Positions 53,581-64,000 of a stretch of 64,000 bases of DNA are shown here, piece after piece. The position numbers and the translations under genes were made by a program. How positions within the stretch are numbered: the first letter of the stretch is position 1; every line of letters starts with the position of its first letter. The stretch is from the human T2T-CHM13v2.0 reference genome, Homo sapiens: NCBI RefSeq assembly GCF_009914755.1, contig NC_060929.1. One strand, given 5' to 3'. Under the pieces are notes generated by a model. It was given only the letters and a program-made list of their open reading frames with translations, was not told the origin of the DNA and made no database searches.

Positions 53581-54364
53581 GTTAGCAATCAATAAGTAGC
53601 TACTACTTCTTCGGCAAGTAGGGTGACTTATCCTGACTTGCCTAGGATTTTCCCACTCTTAGCCCTGGAAGTCCCATATCTCCAGAGACTCTTCAGTCCC
53701 AGTCATGTTGGGATGGTTGGTCACCCTATGGCCAAGGCATAGTCAAGGTGCAAGAGAAGACTCAGTTCTTGTTCTTGAATTAGTTATAATCTGGAGTGCT
53801 TTTGTTTGACATTTGATCTATACGTAAGAAAAAATGGGAAACAATACAAAATAGGTTTTATAAAGCTAATGCCAAGTCATGTGCTTCATGCAGGAGGTAT
53901 TAGCATTAAAGAGAAATAAGATACCAAGGTGGGTGGGGATAGTCAAGGAGGACTTCATGGGGGAATACTACAGCCAAAGGATATTCATACCAAAAGGAAT
54001 TCTAGAACGTCAGGTTGGGTTGGAATTTGATGCATTGCACTGCTTGCAATGAAGAACACTGACTAATATAAATCTTTGTTATCATGTCCTTTCTAGGTGC
54101 TTATGCAGCCTGTGTTTAATACTTTCAGTGATGGGGAAATCACTACCCATCTTTTCATATCTTGCCGGAGGGGAGAAGCAAGGAGGAATGATTATAAGAG
54201 GGAAGAACAGCATGAGTCAAGTCAGGTTAGAGCATGGAGGCTGGCAAGTTAGGCAATGAGGGATTCATGTTGGTAGCTAGGTTGTGTGTAAAAGAACAAA
54301 AGTTGATGTTGTGGGCTCTTTGGGGGAAATATTGGAAACAACAATACGAGGATTATTCTGAGCA

Positions 54365-61172
<6,808 letters not shown>

Positions 61173-61219
61173 AAAAGTTATTCTTTAAAGGAGTCAAGAT
61201 TAGGTAGGATTCAAGAGAC

Positions 61220-62640
<1,421 letters not shown>

Positions 62641-63896
62641 ATGAAGCTGTTTTTTGAAAAATAGAGACTTCCATTCTGATGCTTGGTTTGCTATTGACTT
62701 GCACCATGACTCTGGATAATTCACATACATTCACATTCCCCACCCCACTCTTTTCTCAATTCCTGGCTTCCAGTAAGCACTGCAAAGATTTGTTGAACAA
62801 ATGGGTGAATGAATGAATTAGTTGGACTGAGTATGAAGTTTACATTCACACTTGTGCATGTATGAGTAATTTCATTTTTTTTTTCTGGGTAAAGGCCTAT
62901 ATCTTGAATTGCCATCACCATCATTTATTGAGAATTTACTATGATATGCTAAGGGCTTCGTATACTTATCACATTTAATCATCAGAACGCGGAAGGGAGA
63001 CCGGACGGGCTACCACTTCCACTGTATTAATGAGAAAGCTCAGGTTTGGGGAGGGCAAGTCTCTTGCCTAGGGTCCTACTCTGGGATTTGGACCTAGGTC
63101 TACCAGACTCCACAACCGGAGCTCTAAAGCCCCATGATAAATTACTTCAGCTTCTCAAAGAGATCTGTGACCCCAGAAGGGTGAAGAGAAAACGCCCTAC
63201 TGCCCTAGATTCTAATTATCCGAGAGTCTTTGGGGGAACGGGTCGGGTGGTTTGCTGGGGCGGGAATGGAGGAGAAAGCAAGTAAGCAAGAGCACAGGAG
63301 GGCAGAGCCCAAGCCAGCAAGGGCTGCTATTTACAGTAGCCCCAGAGCCCCCAGAGAGGATGATAAGGGGGCGGACTGGGAAGAGCAGTTGTAAGAGGAG
63401 CCAGGGAGCGGGAGGGGGTGATCTCCTCCCCCGGGCCCTGCTGCCTCCAGCTCACCCTGTCGCCTGATGTCTAAATAAGGTGCAGAGGCACACTCCCAGC
63501 AGCTAAAAATAAAACTTCCGCTCCCCCTCCTGCCCTTGGGCTCTGGCGACCTCCTCAGCCCCATCGGGACTCCCCCTTGGCCCGACCGGATCCCCCTTGG
63601 CCCTGAGGCATGCCCTTGCCCGAGCTATAGAATCGTCTCCCCTGAACCCCGATTGCAAGAACATCTGGACCAGAAGGCAGGGGGCGTGGGTCTCACACTT
63701 GGCTCTGCCTTGACAAACCTGGGCAAATCTCTTTTCTTCTCTGGACCTCAGTCTCCCCACACGTAAAATGAAGGCATTAGAATAATGACGTAAAGCTCTA
63801 GCATTTTTGAATGAAGCCAAGATCCCATACTCTGGGGTCACATTTCACCAGAGTTTGCCCACTGCAGTTTTGTAGGTTCGGCAGATCCACGCAGAG

Positions 63897-64000
63897 TTTT
63901 TTTGTTTTTGTTTTTGTTGTTTTTTTTTAGGCGGAGTCTCTCTCTGTCGCCCAGGCTGGAGTGCAGTGGCACGATCTCGGCTCACTGCAACGTCCGCCTC
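63897..64000 (-). mobile_element. Alu, truncated by window edge
   Basis: Poly-T followed by reverse Alu right arm. Confidence 0.85.

Overview
Human-type (primate) genomic DNA, very rich in Alu, L1, MIR, LTR and DNA-transposon remnants. The complete 9-exon coding region of CCDC69 lies on the minus strand: ATG at 48918, stop at 8376-8378. The spliced CDS is 891 nt (296 aa + stop), all introns are GT-AG and all phases are consistent. It has a CpG-island promoter near 48.5-49.15 kb and a roughly 2.4 kb 3'UTR. The most notable feature is on the plus strand at 1-5556. Four intron-separated exon remnants there splice in phase into a decayed paralogue of PDGFRL (a secreted Ig-domain protein), with frameshifts, a stop, a lost Ig cysteine and broken splice sites. 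It lies tail-to-tail with CCDC69, mirroring the PDGFRL/MTUS1 arrangement on 8p22, so it looks like a lost ohnologue (unitary pseudogene). Other observations are several local templated rearrangements (an inverted repeat enclosing a copy of 3'UTR sequence in intron 7, a 112-bp inverted copy inside an old L1, and 118-bp and 79-bp tandem duplications), a non-canonical poly(A) site and a candidate antisense first exon. Almost all ORFs in the supplied track are Alu- or repeat-derived and are not genes. Gene and repeat-family identifications come from recalled sequences, not database searches.
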